The position numbers were made by a program, and so were the translations under genes. From an uncultured Thermoleophilia bacterium (GTDB lineage Bacteria; Actinomycetota; Thermoleophilia; UBA2241): 64,000 nucleotides of DNA. The notes below the pieces were generated by a model. The model was given only the letters and a program-made list of their open reading frames with translations. It ran no database searches and was not told the DNA's origin. Every line of letters begins with the position of its first letter. Position 1 is the stretch's first letter. The DNA is taken from NCBI GenBank assembly GCA_963715985.1, contig CAVQSP010000013.1:128001-192000 (forward strand), in the 5' to 3' direction. This document shows positions 51,945 to 63,183 of this stretch, one piece after another.

Positions 51945-53995
51945 AGTGCCACCTCTACGACGATCGTGCCGTTCTCGTTCGACGCGGGCGAGGTCGTGCG
52001 GCGGGATCCAGACCGTGGTGTCTAGCTGCTCCACGACGAGCGGGCCGGGGTACGACTCCCCGGCCCTCAGGCGGCCGCGGTCGAGCACCGGCGTGTCCAG
52101 CCAACCCTCGCCGTGCACGTACACGAGCCGCTCCCTGTCCCGTTCGTGGCGCGCGGCGATGCGCTCCTGCCAGGCGCCGCGCGGGACACTGCCGATGCCC
52201 TCCACGCGCAGGTTGACGAGCTGCGTGGGCTCGTCGGCGGAGTGGTGACCGTAGACGCGCTCGTGGGTCTCGTGGAAGCGCGCCACGAGGCGGCCGACGG
52301 CTGCGGCGCCGTCGCTCTCGTCGGCGAGCGGTTCGTCGCAAGGGATGGTCAGCTCGTAGGCCTGCCCGAGAGTAGCGCATGTCGACAGAGCGCCTGAAGG
52401 CGGTGGCCGACGCCGGCACGCCGTCTTCGAGGAGCCGGCGCTCGGCCTCGTCGCGGAGGCTCGCGAAGAGGCGCTCCGCCTCCCGAAGTCGGCGCGGGCG
52501 GTGGGCACGATGAACGAGGCGAGCATGGGATGGCGGATGTCGGCCATGAGCAGCCCCACGGCGGAAGTGATGCCAGGATGGGGCGGCACGATCGACCCGC
52601 GGGATGCTCGCCTCGCGGGCGACGGCGCAGGCGTGCATGGGCCCGGCGCCGCCGAAGGCCACGAGGGCGAAGTCGCGCGGGTCGAGGCCCTTCTGCACGG
52701 TGATCACGCGGATAGCGCCGCGCATGTTGGTGTTGGCCACCGCGATGATGCCGGCCGCGGCCTCCTCGAGCGGGAGGCCGAGCGGTCGCGCGACCTCGCG
52801 CTCCACGGCCTCGCGGGCAGCGGCGGCGTCGAGGCCGAGGTCGCGGCCGAGCACGGTCTCACCGCCAAGCACGCCGACCACGAGGTCGGCGTCCGAGACG
52901 GTGGGCAGCACACCGCCCTTGCCGTAGCACGCCGGTCCGGGCTCGGCGCCGGCGCTCTGCGGCCCGACCTTGAGACTGCCGCCGGCGTCCACGCGGGCGA
53001 TGCTGCCGCCGCCGGCGCCGATGGTCTCGATGTCCACCATGGGCGTGCGCAGCGGGTAGCCTTCGACCTCCTTGAGATGGGCACGGCCGGGCTCCCCGTT
53101 CACCACCGTGGCGACGTCGCAGCTGGTGCCGCCCATGTCGAAGGTGACCAGGTCGCGGTATCCGGCGGAGAGCCCGAAGAAGGTGCCGCCGACGACACCG
53201 CCCACGGGGCCGGAGAGGATCGTATTGACCGGCCGCTCCCGCGTGGTGGCCGCGGTCATGAGGCCGCCGGACGACTGCATCACGTGCAGCCCGGCGGCCA
53301 CACCGCGCTCGTCCAGGCGCTCCTCCAAGCGCCCGATGTAGCTGAACACCGGGCGGATGACGTAGGCGTTGACCGCCGTGGTGCTCATGCGCCAGTACTC
53401 CCGGTACTCCGGGCTGATGACAGACGAGAGCGAGACCATGGCCTCCGGCATGATCTCGGCCGCCAGCTCTGCCAGGCGGCGTTCGTGGGACGGGTTCATG
53501 AAGGAGAACAGCAGGCAGACGGCGAGGGTCTCGACGCCCTCGCCGGCGAGCGCGGTGAGCACGCGGCGCGCCTCGTCCTCGTCGAGCGGGGTGACAACGC
53601 TGCCGTCCGCGGCCACGCGCTCCGTGACCTCCAGGCACAGGCGGCGGGGAACCAGGGCCGGCCGGCGGACCGGGACGACGTTGTAGAGCTCGCGTCGCTG
53701 CTGGGTGCCGATCTCGAGCACGTCGCGGAACCCCCGCGTGGTGATGAGCGCCGTGCGTGCGCCCTTGCCCTCGAGCAGCGCGTTGGTGGCCACGGTCGTG
53801 CCGTGCACGAGGAAGTCGACGTCGGCGCCCGCGCGGCCGGCCTTGTCCACGACCTTCATCACGCCGTCGGTGAAGGCGATGGACTGATCGCTGACTGGTG
53901 GACGGCAGCTTGTCGACCCAGACCCGGCCGCTGCCGGCGTCGAGCAGGCACACGTCGGTGAACGTACCGCCGACGTCGACGCCAAGCTTCAGCAT
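51941..53995 (-). CDS. Hydantoinase A / 5-oxoprolinase family subunit (ATP-binding); several frameshifts
   Basis: [52 protein letters not shown]. Confidence 0.88.
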
Positions 53996-54121
53996 GCCCT
54001 GCTCTCCATTCGTCTCGGCCTGTCGCACGTGCGCGCGTCCGCGGTGACAGGCTCCGTTCGGAGGTCGTCGGCCGGGGAGACCCGGCCCCGGAATAATCCG
54101 TCTGGACGAATCATTCTCCGC

Positions 54122-54150
54122 GTTGTAGCATGCCTCTGTCGTTGAGGCAA
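54122..54150 (-). promoter_or_regulatory. Promoter of the hydantoinase operon
   Basis: TTGCCT-N17-TACAAC with an extended TG. Confidence 0.45.
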
Positions 54151-54212
54151 GGGGGATCGTTGGCAAGGTCCGAGAGGTCCACGCCCTGCGGGGCGCGCGG
54201 AGCGGGATCGAG

Positions 54213-54882
54213 GTGACGGAGGGCTGGGCGCCGAGCTGCCGCCGGCAGCCCGTCATGTCCTCGACGCCGCCAAGCGCATCGTTTCGGAACACGGACTCTC
54301 GGCGCTCACTCTCGACGCGGTGGCCGAGGAATCCGGCATCTACCGGTCGGCGATCCGCTACCACTTCGGCGACAAGGCCGGGCTGGTCTCAGCGGTGATG
54401 GACTCGACGGCACTGACTCCCATCTCGACTCCCTGTTCGCCACCGTGATGGGGGTCGATCGAGGCGCGGGCCGCGTCGAGGCTCACATGGCGGCGCTGAG
54501 AACGGTGTCGACCGACCGGGACCAGTTCCGGCTCTTCTGGTCGCTGCTCCCCCACATCCTGAGCGATACGGACCTTCGCGGGAAGCTGGACGGCTTGTAC
54601 GACGGCTACCGGCGGATCAACACGGAAGCCCTCGGAGTCGAGGCGCGGGCCGCCGGCGACGAGCGTCGTCTGCTCGGGCTGGCGACGCTGCTCACGGCGC
54701 TCTGTGACGGCCTCGGCCTGCTCGTGTGCCTCGGCGACGACCGGGATCCCGGGCGGGCATCGGCGGGGTCGTCTCACGATGCGACCATCGTTGCCGCGTA
54801 CGAGGTCATGGGCGAGATGCTGGAGGCGTACCTGCCGGGACTCATGTCTCTGCCCGCCGCTGCGAGCGACGACGACCCATGA
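54213..54882 (+). CDS. TetR family regulator; frameshifts
   Basis: HVLDAAKRIVSEHGLSALTLDAVAEESGIYRSAIRYHFGDKAGL; divergent from hydantoinase A. Confidence 0.8.
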
Positions 54883-54985
54883 GCGACTCGGCAGGAAGCC
54901 GTCCCGCGGGACGAGCGTCAGCCGTGCGCCGAGGAGGAAGCATCGCGCTCGGGGTGGGTCCATTCGCCAAACAGAAAGGATCGTC

Positions 54986-56179
54986 ATGAAGATCGCCGTC
55001 GTCGGCGCCGGCGCCATGGGCCGCTGGGCCGTGAAGGAGCTGGGCATCAGCCCCCAGGTGGAGGAGATCGTCGTCGGGGACTTCGACGAGGAGCAGGCGC
55101 GTGGCCGTGGCCGCCAGCCACGGCGGCGGCAAGGCCCGCGCCGTGCGTCGTGGATGCCCGCGACCGCGAGAGCGTGAAGGCGGCGATCGCCGGCTGCGAC
55201 GCCATGGTCAACGCCACGCAGCACTTCTGGAACATCGAGGTGATGCACGCCGCCGCCGCCGCCGGCGTGCACTACACGGACATGGGCGGCCTCTTCCACG
55301 TGACGAGGCAGCAGGTCGAGCTGGACGGGGAGTTCCGCGCCGCCGGCGTCACCGCCGTCATCGCCATGGGCGGCGCCCCCGGCGTCACCAACATCCTCGC
55401 CAAGTACGGGGCCGAGCAGCTCGACATGCGTGGAGGAGGCGCACGCCCTCTGCGGCAACGTCGACGCCACCGACTGGAGCAGCTACGAGGGCTGGCTGGT
55501 GCCGTACTCCCTGGAGACCCTCTGCGACGAGTTCAGCGTCGTCGCCCCGGAGTTCATCGAGGGCGCCTGGGTCATGGAGATCCGCGGCGGGCAGGGCGCG
55601 GAGGACGTCGACTTCGGCGAGCCGGCGGGGACGCTGGCGGCGCACTACACCATCCACTCGGAGCCCTTCACCTTCTGGCACACGTGGCAGGACAAGGGCC
55701 TGCGCAGCGCCACCTTCAAGCTCGCGCTGCCGGCCGAGTTCACGGCGCAGATGCGCTTCCTCGAGCGCATCGGGATGACGCGCACCGACGAGGTCGAGGT
55801 GCGCGGCGTGGCGGTGCGGCCGCGCGACGTGCTGCTCAAGGTGGTCGGCGAGATCGCGAAGCCGGAGGGCGTCGTGCTCGACGACGTCGACTACCTGCTC
55901 GGCGTCGTGCGCGGCCGCAAGGACGGGCGCCGGCTGGAGTGGCGCGTGCGCGCCACGGTGCCGGCGCACAAGGGCCACGGCGCCGGTGGCGGCGACGTGG
56001 ACACCGGCATCCCGCCGGCCATCGTCGCCAAGATGATGGCCTCCGGAGAGATCGCCGGGCCCGGCGTCTTCGTGCCCGAGCAGATCGTGCCCTGCGCGCG
56101 CTTCTTCGAGGAGCTCGCGCGCTGGGGCGCCACCGTGGACGCGCAGATGCGCGAGGTGCTCGCGGCGCCGGAGGGGTGA
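54986..56179 (+). CDS. Saccharopine/lysine 6-dehydrogenase-like oxidoreductase; frameshifts near 55100-55150 and 55430
   Basis: AGAAAGGA RBS; MKIAVVGAGAMG, HYTDMGG, MGGAPGVTN, YTIHSE, TGIPPAI, PGVFVPE. Confidence 0.85.
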
Positions 56180-56208
56180 AGGCGACGCTTGTGCCCTTGG
56201 GCCGCGGG

Positions 56209-57612
56209 TCAGCCGGCGCCGAGCGTCGCGCCGGCCGGCCGCGACGCGTCACCCGGCACGTGATGACGGATCAGGCGTCCGAGGATGGTGAGTGAAGGCT
56301 GCGGATCGAAGCCGGACGGGTCCGAGAGCATCTGCATGGCCAGGCCGTCGGCGGCCGCGATCTGGAGGACGGCGAGGGCGTCCGCGTTGGCGGCCAGTGC
56401 GGGAACGCCGCTCTCGCGCAGCCCGGCGGCGATGACGCCCGTCAGCCAGCGGTCGTGCTCCGCCTGCATCTGCCGGAACTCGCGGCTCGCGCGATCATCA
56501 CCGGCAGGAGGTCGAAGAACGTGCGGAAGCTCGCCAAGTCCGAGAGCAGCTCGCTCGTGCCGCGCATGACGGCTTCTCCCGAGCAGTCGTGGCAGCGGTC
56601 GCCGGTGCCGCCGAGCAGCCGCGCCGGCGATCTTGCGCTGCTCGTGAACTGCGCATCCGGATCAGGGCCGTGATCAGGCCCTGCTTGTCACCGAAGTAGT
56701 ACGTGATCGACGAGCGGCGGCTCACCCGCCTCGCGGCCCACGGCTTCGAGCGTGAGCGCCTGGAACCCCCGCCTGCGGAGGACGGTGCGGGCGCCGCGCA
56801 CGAGCTTGCGCGCCACCGGGGGGAGATCGGCGAGGGGGTCCGGGCCGAGCGCCGCACCCAGGCCGTCCGTTGCCGGAGCGCGGGCACGCAGCGGTCTGCG
56901 CTCCACCGTGCACCGGCGCGGCACCGCGAGGGTCCGTCACGCCTCGCCGAGCACGCCGCTGGTGAGCGAGACACACCGTGTCCTCCAGCAGCCGGTAGAC
57001 CGCGCGTCGTCGATCTCGTCGCGGCCGCACGAGAAGGCACACCGCCATGCCGTCACCGATGGCGAGCACGAGGCCAGCGAGCGCGATCAGCTGCGTCGGC
57101 ACTCAAGACCGGCGGCGGCAGAGGCAAGCGCCGGTGCAGGTCGCGATACGAGCGGTTGAGGTCGCAAGCTGCCGCCGCATGTCGGCTGCGGCGCGTGACG
57201 CTCGGCGAACAGGTCCATGTACATCTGCTGTTGTGTCACTGAGGTGTCCGAGGCGGCGCTGCGCATCGATGAGGGCGCTGGATGCGGCGCTCGCGACATC
57301 ATCGGGAAGCTTCTCGACGGAGTGGAAGAGCTCGACGTCGAGGTCGTGCCACAAGGGAGTCCACGAGCATGGACATAAGCGTGGCCTTGTTGCCGAAGTG
57401 GTAGATGCACCAGCGACTTGTGTTCGCCGGCCTCGGCGGCGACCCGCTGCAGAGTGACGCCGCTGAGTAGCCGTCGCGCTCGAGCACGCGCTGGGCCGCC
57501 GCGAGGATGCGCTGCCGCGGTGGGCGAGAGCTCGCTGAACACATAGTCGGCCGCGATGACACCCGGCCTGCCTGCCGGGCGTCTCGACGCGTACCTTGCG
57601 CTGGGTAGCCAT
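56209..57612 (-). CDS. Tandem double-TetR regulator; many frameshifts
   Basis: HTH1 RILAAAQRVLERDGY..VTLQRVAAEAG...YHFGNK; HTH2 KLVRGARTVLRRRGFQALTLEAVGREAG..SITYYFGDK. Confidence 0.7.
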
Positions 57613-57660
57613 GAGGCCGGCGGACTCCTTCGACGCACGACGCAGGAGGACGGGACTACC

Positions 57661-57742
57661 TTGACAACTCCGGGACGGGCCGTATCATACCGCACATCTG
57701 GTTTGACCGGTCAACCAAGAACCGTCGGCGTTGACCGGTGAG
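57661..57742 (+). promoter_or_regulatory. Promoter and TetR-type operators of the ABC operon
   Basis: TTGACA-N16-TATCAT; perfect palindrome TTGACCGGTCAA (57703-57714) and degenerate copy TTGACCGGTGAG (57731-57742). Confidence 0.7.
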
Positions 57743-57876
57743 CGGCGGCTGTGAGGAGCGCGGTATCACGTGCTTCGTGACCACTCTCGGCGGCACAAGC
57801 CGGCGGCGAGGACTGCCGTGGCCGGCGCGTCGCGCGGACCACCCACACGCAAGGGGGAAAACGAGTGACTCATTCG

Positions 57877-59203
57877 ATGAAATCCCAAGAAGGCATGACC
57901 CGTCGCGAGGTCGTGTTCGCCGGCGCCGCCGGCGTCGCCGGTCTCGCGATCGGCGGCGGGGTCGTCGGCGCGCTCACCAGCGGCGGCAGCAGCAGCAGCT
58001 CGGACTACGGGTACCACCAAGAACACCTCGCCGATCACCATCGGCGGCGCCTTCCCGCTCACCGGCGTGTCGGCCGGCGACGGCGTGGAGGCCAAGCGCG
58101 CCCTCGAGATGGCCGCCAAGGACCTCAACGACGCCGGCGGCGTGCTCGGGCGCAAGGTCGAGACGGTGGCGCTCGACATCGAGAGCGACCTCGTCCCCGA
58201 CAAGATCCGCAACGTGCTGCAGCGTCTCGTCAACGAGAACAACGTGGCCATGGTGTCCATGGTCTTCTGCGACTACGTCAACAGCGCCTGGGACCCGGTG
58301 GTCACCAAGGGCGTGCCGCTCTTCCACGTGAACGCCTCCATCGTCAACACGGGCTGGGTGGCGGAAGACCCCGCGAAGCGCGGCATGATCTTCGAGTCGT
58401 GCCCCAACGAGACGCACTACGGCCCCAACCTCGTCGGTCTGCTCGCCCGCATCCAGGAGAGCGGCAAGTGGACGCCCAAGAAGAAGACGGTCGCCATCGC
58501 CACGAGCACCGACCCCTACTCCCTCCTCATCGCCAACAACTTCCGCGACGGCATCCAGAAAGAGGGCTGGAACGTCGTCGTGTTCGAGAAGGTCACAGCG
58601 CCGCTGTCCGAGTGGGGCCCGGTGCTCTGCCAAGATCCGCGCCGCGTGCCGGATCTGGTCGTGAACACCGACTGGCTGGCCACCGATCTGGCGGCCTTCA
58701 CCAAGCAGTTCATGGGCTCGCCCACCCCGTCGCTCGTGTACGAGCAGTTCGGGCCGTCCACGCCGGAGTACCTGGAGCTGGCCGGCGACGCCGCCAACGG
58801 CGTCATCTGGTCGACCACCATCGGCGTCCTGCCCGACAAGATGGGCGATGACTTCCGCGCCCGCTTCGACGAGACCTACGGCGTCAAGATGGGCTTCAGC
58901 ACCGCAGGCGCCATCTACGATCAGGTGATGCTCTGGGCGCAGGCCGCCGGCATGGCCGGTGACGCCGAGGACTACCCGTCGGTGGTGAACTGGATCAAAT
59001 CCGGCATCCACCGCGGCATCGTCGGCACGGAGCACTTCGACACGGCGGACAACCAGGCGTACTCGTACCCGTCCGACATCGCCGACCCGAGCCTCGCCAT
59101 GCCGCTGCTCTCCTTCCAGATCCAGGACCTCCAGCAGATCTGCATCGACCCGTTCCCGTATCCGACGGGCACGTTCCAGCTGCCGCCGCAACTCGGAGGG
59201 TGA
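57877..59203 (+). CDS. Liv/HAAT-type ABC substrate-binding protein with Tat-like signal; frameshift near 58010
   Basis: MTRREVVFAGAAG; TIGGAFPLTG..AGDG, NDAGGVLGRKVE. Confidence 0.85.
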
Positions 59204-59211
59204 GAGCCGCG

Positions 59212-60012
59212 GTGACGGCGATCCTCGAGACCGAAGGGCTGACCAAGCGCTTCGGCGCTCTCGCGGCCGTGGACGCGGTCGACTGCGAAGTCGTGCAGGG
59301 CGAGGTGTTCGGCATCGCGGGGCCCAACGGGGCGGGCAAGACGACGCTCTTCGACGTGATCAGCGGGCACGCTCGCGCCACCGACGGCGTCGTGCGCTTC
59401 AAAGGGCAGGAGATCCAGCGCCTGCCGGCGTACACGATCTGCCACATGGGCATGGCGCGCACGTACCAGGTGGCCTCAGTGCTGACCACGCAGACGGTGC
59501 TCGGCAACATCGTGTTGGCCTCGTACTTCGGCCACAAGAAGCGCTCCTGGGCCGGCATGAGCTACGACGCCGAGCGCGTGAGCGCGCGGAGGAGGCCGCC
59601 GCGTTCGTCGGCCTGCAGGACGCGCTCGCCGACCCCGGCGAGCTCCTCTCGGCGTTCGACCGCAAGCGCGTCATGTTCGCCGCGGCTCTCGCGACGCGGC
59701 CGGATCTCCTGCTCCTGGACGAGCCGGCCGGCGGCCTCAGTGACGAGGAATGCGTGCATCTCATCGACCTGATCCGGCGCGTCAAGGCGGCAGGGCACGA
59801 CGGTCATGATCGTGGAGCACGTCATGAGCGTGCTCATGACGGTCTCAGACCGCGTCATGATGATGCACCAGGGCGCCAAGTTCTTCGTCGGCACGCCGAA
59901 GGAGGTCCAGGCGAACCCGGAGGTCATCAAGGTGTACCTGGGCAACGTCGGCGTTGAGGCCGGCATCACGCTGGAGGAGCTCGGCTCGCTGCCGGAGGTG
60001 CACGATGCTTGA
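59212..60012 (+). CDS. LivG-like ABC ATPase; frameshifts
   Basis: GPNGAGKTT, LLLDEPAGGL, IVEH. Confidence 0.85.
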
Positions 60013-60715
60013 GGTCACCAATCTCAGCGCCGGCTACGGCGCGGCGACGGTGCTCGAGGACGTGAGCATCTCGGTCGACGAGGGCAAGTTCGTCGTGCTC
60101 ACCGGCCCCAACGGTCACGGCAAGACCACGTTGCTGCGCGTCCTGAGCGGCCTTCTGCCCGTGAACCGCGGGGAGATCCAGTTCCTCGGCGAACGGCTCA
60201 ACGGCCGGTCCGCGGCCACCATCGTGGCCCGCGGCATGGTCCACATCCCCCAGGGCGACCTGCTGTTCGTCGACCTCACGGTGGAGCAGAACCTCTACAT
60301 GGGGGCTTACCTGCGGGACGCCTGGAAGGGCCGTCGCGAGCGCATCCGGCGCGTCTACGAGCTGTTCCCGCGGCTCGAGGAGCGGCGCACCCAGCAGGCG
60401 AGGACGCTGTCGGGCGGCGAGCGCCGCATGCTCGGCATCGGGCGCGGCCTCATGAGCAACGCCAAGATGCTCATGGTCGACGAACCGGCGCTCGGGCTCG
60501 CGCCCGTGCTCGTGCAGGAGGTCTACGCGACCCTCGACCGGATCGCCCGCAGCGAGGCCACCGTGCTGCTCGTCGAGGAGACGCTGGCCAACGCCAAGGA
60601 TATCGCCGACTACGTCTACCTCATGGACACCGGGCGCATCGTCCACGAAGGCACGATGGCGGAGTTCGGCGCCGACGTGCTCGCCTCGACCTATCTCGGC
60701 AGCAAGGAGGGCTGA
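60005..60715 (+). CDS. LivF-like ABC ATPase
   Basis: GPNGHGKTT, LFPRLEERR.Q.A.TLSGGE, DEPALGLAP. Confidence 0.9.
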   Translation: MLEVTNLSAGYGAATVLEDVSISVDEGKFVVLTGPNGHGKTTLLRVLSGLLPVNRGEIQFLGERLNGRSAATIVARGMVHIPQGDLLFVDLTVEQNLYMGAYLRDAWKGRRERIRRVYELFPRLEERRTQQARTLSGGERRMLGIGRGLMSNAKMLMVDEPALGLAPVLVQEVYATLDRIARSEATVLLVEETLANAKDIADYVYLMDTGRIVHEGTMAEFGADVLASTYLGSKEG

Positions 60716-60718
60716 CGC

Positions 60719-61607
60719 ATGGAGACTCTGATACAAGCCCTCATCAGCGGCCTCGTCTTCGGTGCCATCTACGCGATCATGACGATGGGCCTGACGCTCG
60801 TGTACGGGTGCCTGCGCACCCTCAACATGGCGCAGGGCGCGTTCGGCATGGTCGGCGGCTACGCCGCCTGGGTCATTACCACGAACATGGGCGCGCCGAC
60901 CTGTGGTCGGGCTTGTCGTCGGCGCACTCGCGGCCGCCGGCATCGGCATCCTCACCCACTTCATCTCGATCAAGCCGCTGGTGGGCCGCAAGGACATCGA
61001 CTTCGAGATGACGGCGTACATCTCCACGCTGGTCGTGGCGATCATGTTCTCGGCCGCGATCATCCTCTTGTTCGGGGCCCGCAACAAGGCGATCGACCCG
61101 CTCATCGAGGGCCGACTCAAGGTGTTCGGCACCGTCACCGTGGCCTGGCAGCAGGTGGCCGTCGCGGCGGTCGCATTCATCTGTCTCGGCGGCCTGAGCC
61201 TGCTGCTCAGCCGCTCGCGCCAGGGGCTTTCGATCATGGCGGTTGCCCAGCAGTTCGACGCGGCCAAGCTCATGGGTGTGCCCGCCGGTCGTGTCTACTG
61301 GGTCACGATGGCTCTGGCCGGCCTGCTCGGGGGCATTGCCGGCGTGCTTCTTGCGCCGCTCTACTTCGTCTCGCCCTCGGCCGGCGACTTGCCCATCCTC
61401 AAGGGACTCACGGTGGCGGTCGTCGCCGGCCTCGGCAGCATCCGCGGCACCATCTACGCGGCCTTCATCATCGGCCTCATCGAAGCGCTGGTCGCCACCT
61501 ACCTGGGGAGCCTGTGGGCCCTGCCGGTGCTCTTCGCCCTCATCGTGGTGTTCATGATCGTGCGGCCCTACGGGCTGTTCGGCAAGCCCGAGGAGGAGCG
61601 GCTGTGA
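60719..61607 (+). CDS. LivH-like permease; frameshift near 60900
   Basis: GAIYAIMTMGLTLVYG...NMAQG, AGLGSIRG, VRPYGLFG. Confidence 0.87.
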
Positions 61608-63040
61608 GCGACACGACCCCGTCCGCCTCGGCCAAAGCCAGACTCTCCAGGCAGCTGACCTGGAGCAAGACGCCCATCGTCCCCACCATCATCGTGGTCA
61701 TCGTGCTGGCCTTCCTCCCGCTCGTGTGGCGCAACGACTACATCATCAGCCTCTTGGTACTGATGCTGCTGTTCTCGATCATGACCCAGAGTTGGAACCT
61801 CACAATCGGCATGTGCGGCATCTGGAACTTCGGCCAGCTGGCGATCATCGCCATCGGCGGCTACGCCACCGGCCTGCTCACCATCAAGCTCGGCTGGTCG
61901 GCCTGGCTGGCGCTTCCGGGCGGCATCGTCGCCGGCGGTCTGGCCGCCGTGATCATGGTGCTTCCCAGCATCCGTCTGCGCGGCATCTACGCCTCCATGC
62001 TCACGTTCGCGTTCGCGGAGGTCGTGCGCCTGCTGATCATCGCAGACAGCAGCGGCTTCACCGGCGGTCCGTTCGGGCTCAACGGCGTCACGGGGCTGTT
62101 CGACAACCTCTCGTCCTCCGCGAGCCTGCGCGCCTACTTCTGGCTCTGCCTCGTCCTCTGTGCGGTCGTGATGCTCCTCGTGCACCGCATGATGAATTCG
62201 CCGTTCGGCATGGGCCTCGTGAGCCTCAGGGAGTCCATCCGCTTCTCCATCGGCATGGGCATCAACCGGCGCGTGCAGTTCGTCATGGCGACCCTCATCT
62301 CCGGCCTCATCGCCGGTCTTGCCGGGGGCCTGTACGCGACCTTCTACCACGGCATCACGCCGAGCTCCATGGGGCTCGGTCCAATGGGCCTCCTCGTCAT
62401 CATGGTCGTGGTCGGGGGTCTGGGCACGGTGCGCGGACCCATCATCGGCGCCTTCGCCGTCACCATCCTCAGCGAGTTGCTGCGCGACACGGTGATGTGG
62501 CGGCTCGTCGTGCAGGGGGCGCTGCTTCTTCTCGTGCTCGCCTTCTTCCCGGCGGGCATCGACGGCTTCCTGCAGCGGAGCTACAACAAGATCCTCGTGT
62601 GGATGAATGCTGGGCAGGCGGGCGGCCAGACCGGGCCGGAGGCGGCGGTAGCGACTGCCGGCGCGCCTTCGGCTGCGACCGGCTCGGCCGCGGCAGCGTC
62701 GCCGGGCGGTGATGCTGCCGCATCCGCTGGAGGGACCGCCGCGGTGACCGCGGCCGCGGTCGCGGACCATCCGCCGCTGGAGAAGAAGCAGGGCCGCTTC
62801 ATGACGTGGCTCAACGCGGACCAGCCCAAGGCGGACGAGAAGCCCGGGGCCGGCAAGACGGCCGCTGTGGAGACGGCGGCTGCGCAGGTCGAGGCTCCGG
62901 CTCTAAAGCCCGAATCTCCGGCTCCGCAGGCGGCCGCGGGGAAGCCGGCCAAGAAGCAGGGCCGCTTCATGACGTGGCTCAACGCCGATCAGCCGAAGCC
63001 GGACCAGAAACCCGACGGCTCGGGCGTCGACAAGGACTGA
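61604..63040 (+). CDS. LivM-like permease with long Ala/Pro-rich tail
   Basis: SWNLTIG.CG..NFGQ, RLRGIY, VVVGGLGTVRGPIIGA. Confidence 0.87.
   Translation: MSDTTPSASAKARLSRQLTWSKTPIVPTIIVVIVLAFLPLVWRNDYIISLLVLMLLFSIMTQSWNLTIGMCGIWNFGQLAIIAIGGYATGLLTIKLGWSAWLALPGGIVAGGLAAVIMVLPSIRLRGIYASMLTFAFAEVVRLLIIADSSGFTGGPFGLNGVTGLFDNLSSSASLRAYFWLCLVLCAVVMLLVHRMMNSPFGMGLVSLRESIRFSIGMGINRRVQFVMATLISGLIAGLAGGLYATFYHGITPSSMGLGPMGLLVIMVVVGGLGTVRGPIIGAFAVTILSELLRDTVMWRLVVQGALLLLVLAFFPAGIDGFLQRSYNKILVWMNAGQAGGQTGPEAAVATAGAPSAATGSAAAASPGGDAAASAGGTAAVTAAAVADHPPLEKKQGRFMTWLNADQPKADEKPGAGKTAAVETAAAQVEAPALKPESPAPQAAAGKPAKKQGRFMTWLNADQPKPDQKPDGSGVDKD
62783..62998 (+). repeat. Two copies of a 48-nt repeat encoding KKQGRFMTWLNADQPK
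   Basis: Copies at 62783-62830 and 62951-62998; identical peptide, three synonymous differences. Confidence 0.9.
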
Positions 63041-63046
63041 CCAGCA

Positions 63047-63077
63047 CGACGGCGGGGCGCGGTGCGCCCCGCCGTCG
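63047..63077 (+). terminator. Hairpin terminator after the ABC operon
   Basis: 14-bp inverted repeat CGACGGCGGGGCGC-GGT-GCGCCCCGCCGTCG. Confidence 0.6.
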
Positions 63078-63183
63078 CTCCTCCCTCGAGCCGGTCGTCC
63101 TTTCCATCCGCGGGCCGGTGCCCGTTGTCCCTCGAGGACAGGCGGGCGATACTGCGGCCAGACCCACCTGAAGGGAGACCCAG

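Noticed and set aside
60719-63040. 773-aa LivH-LivM fusion
   Set aside because: An indel near 60900 shifts LivH into the LivM frame; LivH ends at 61607, overlapping the LivM GTG.
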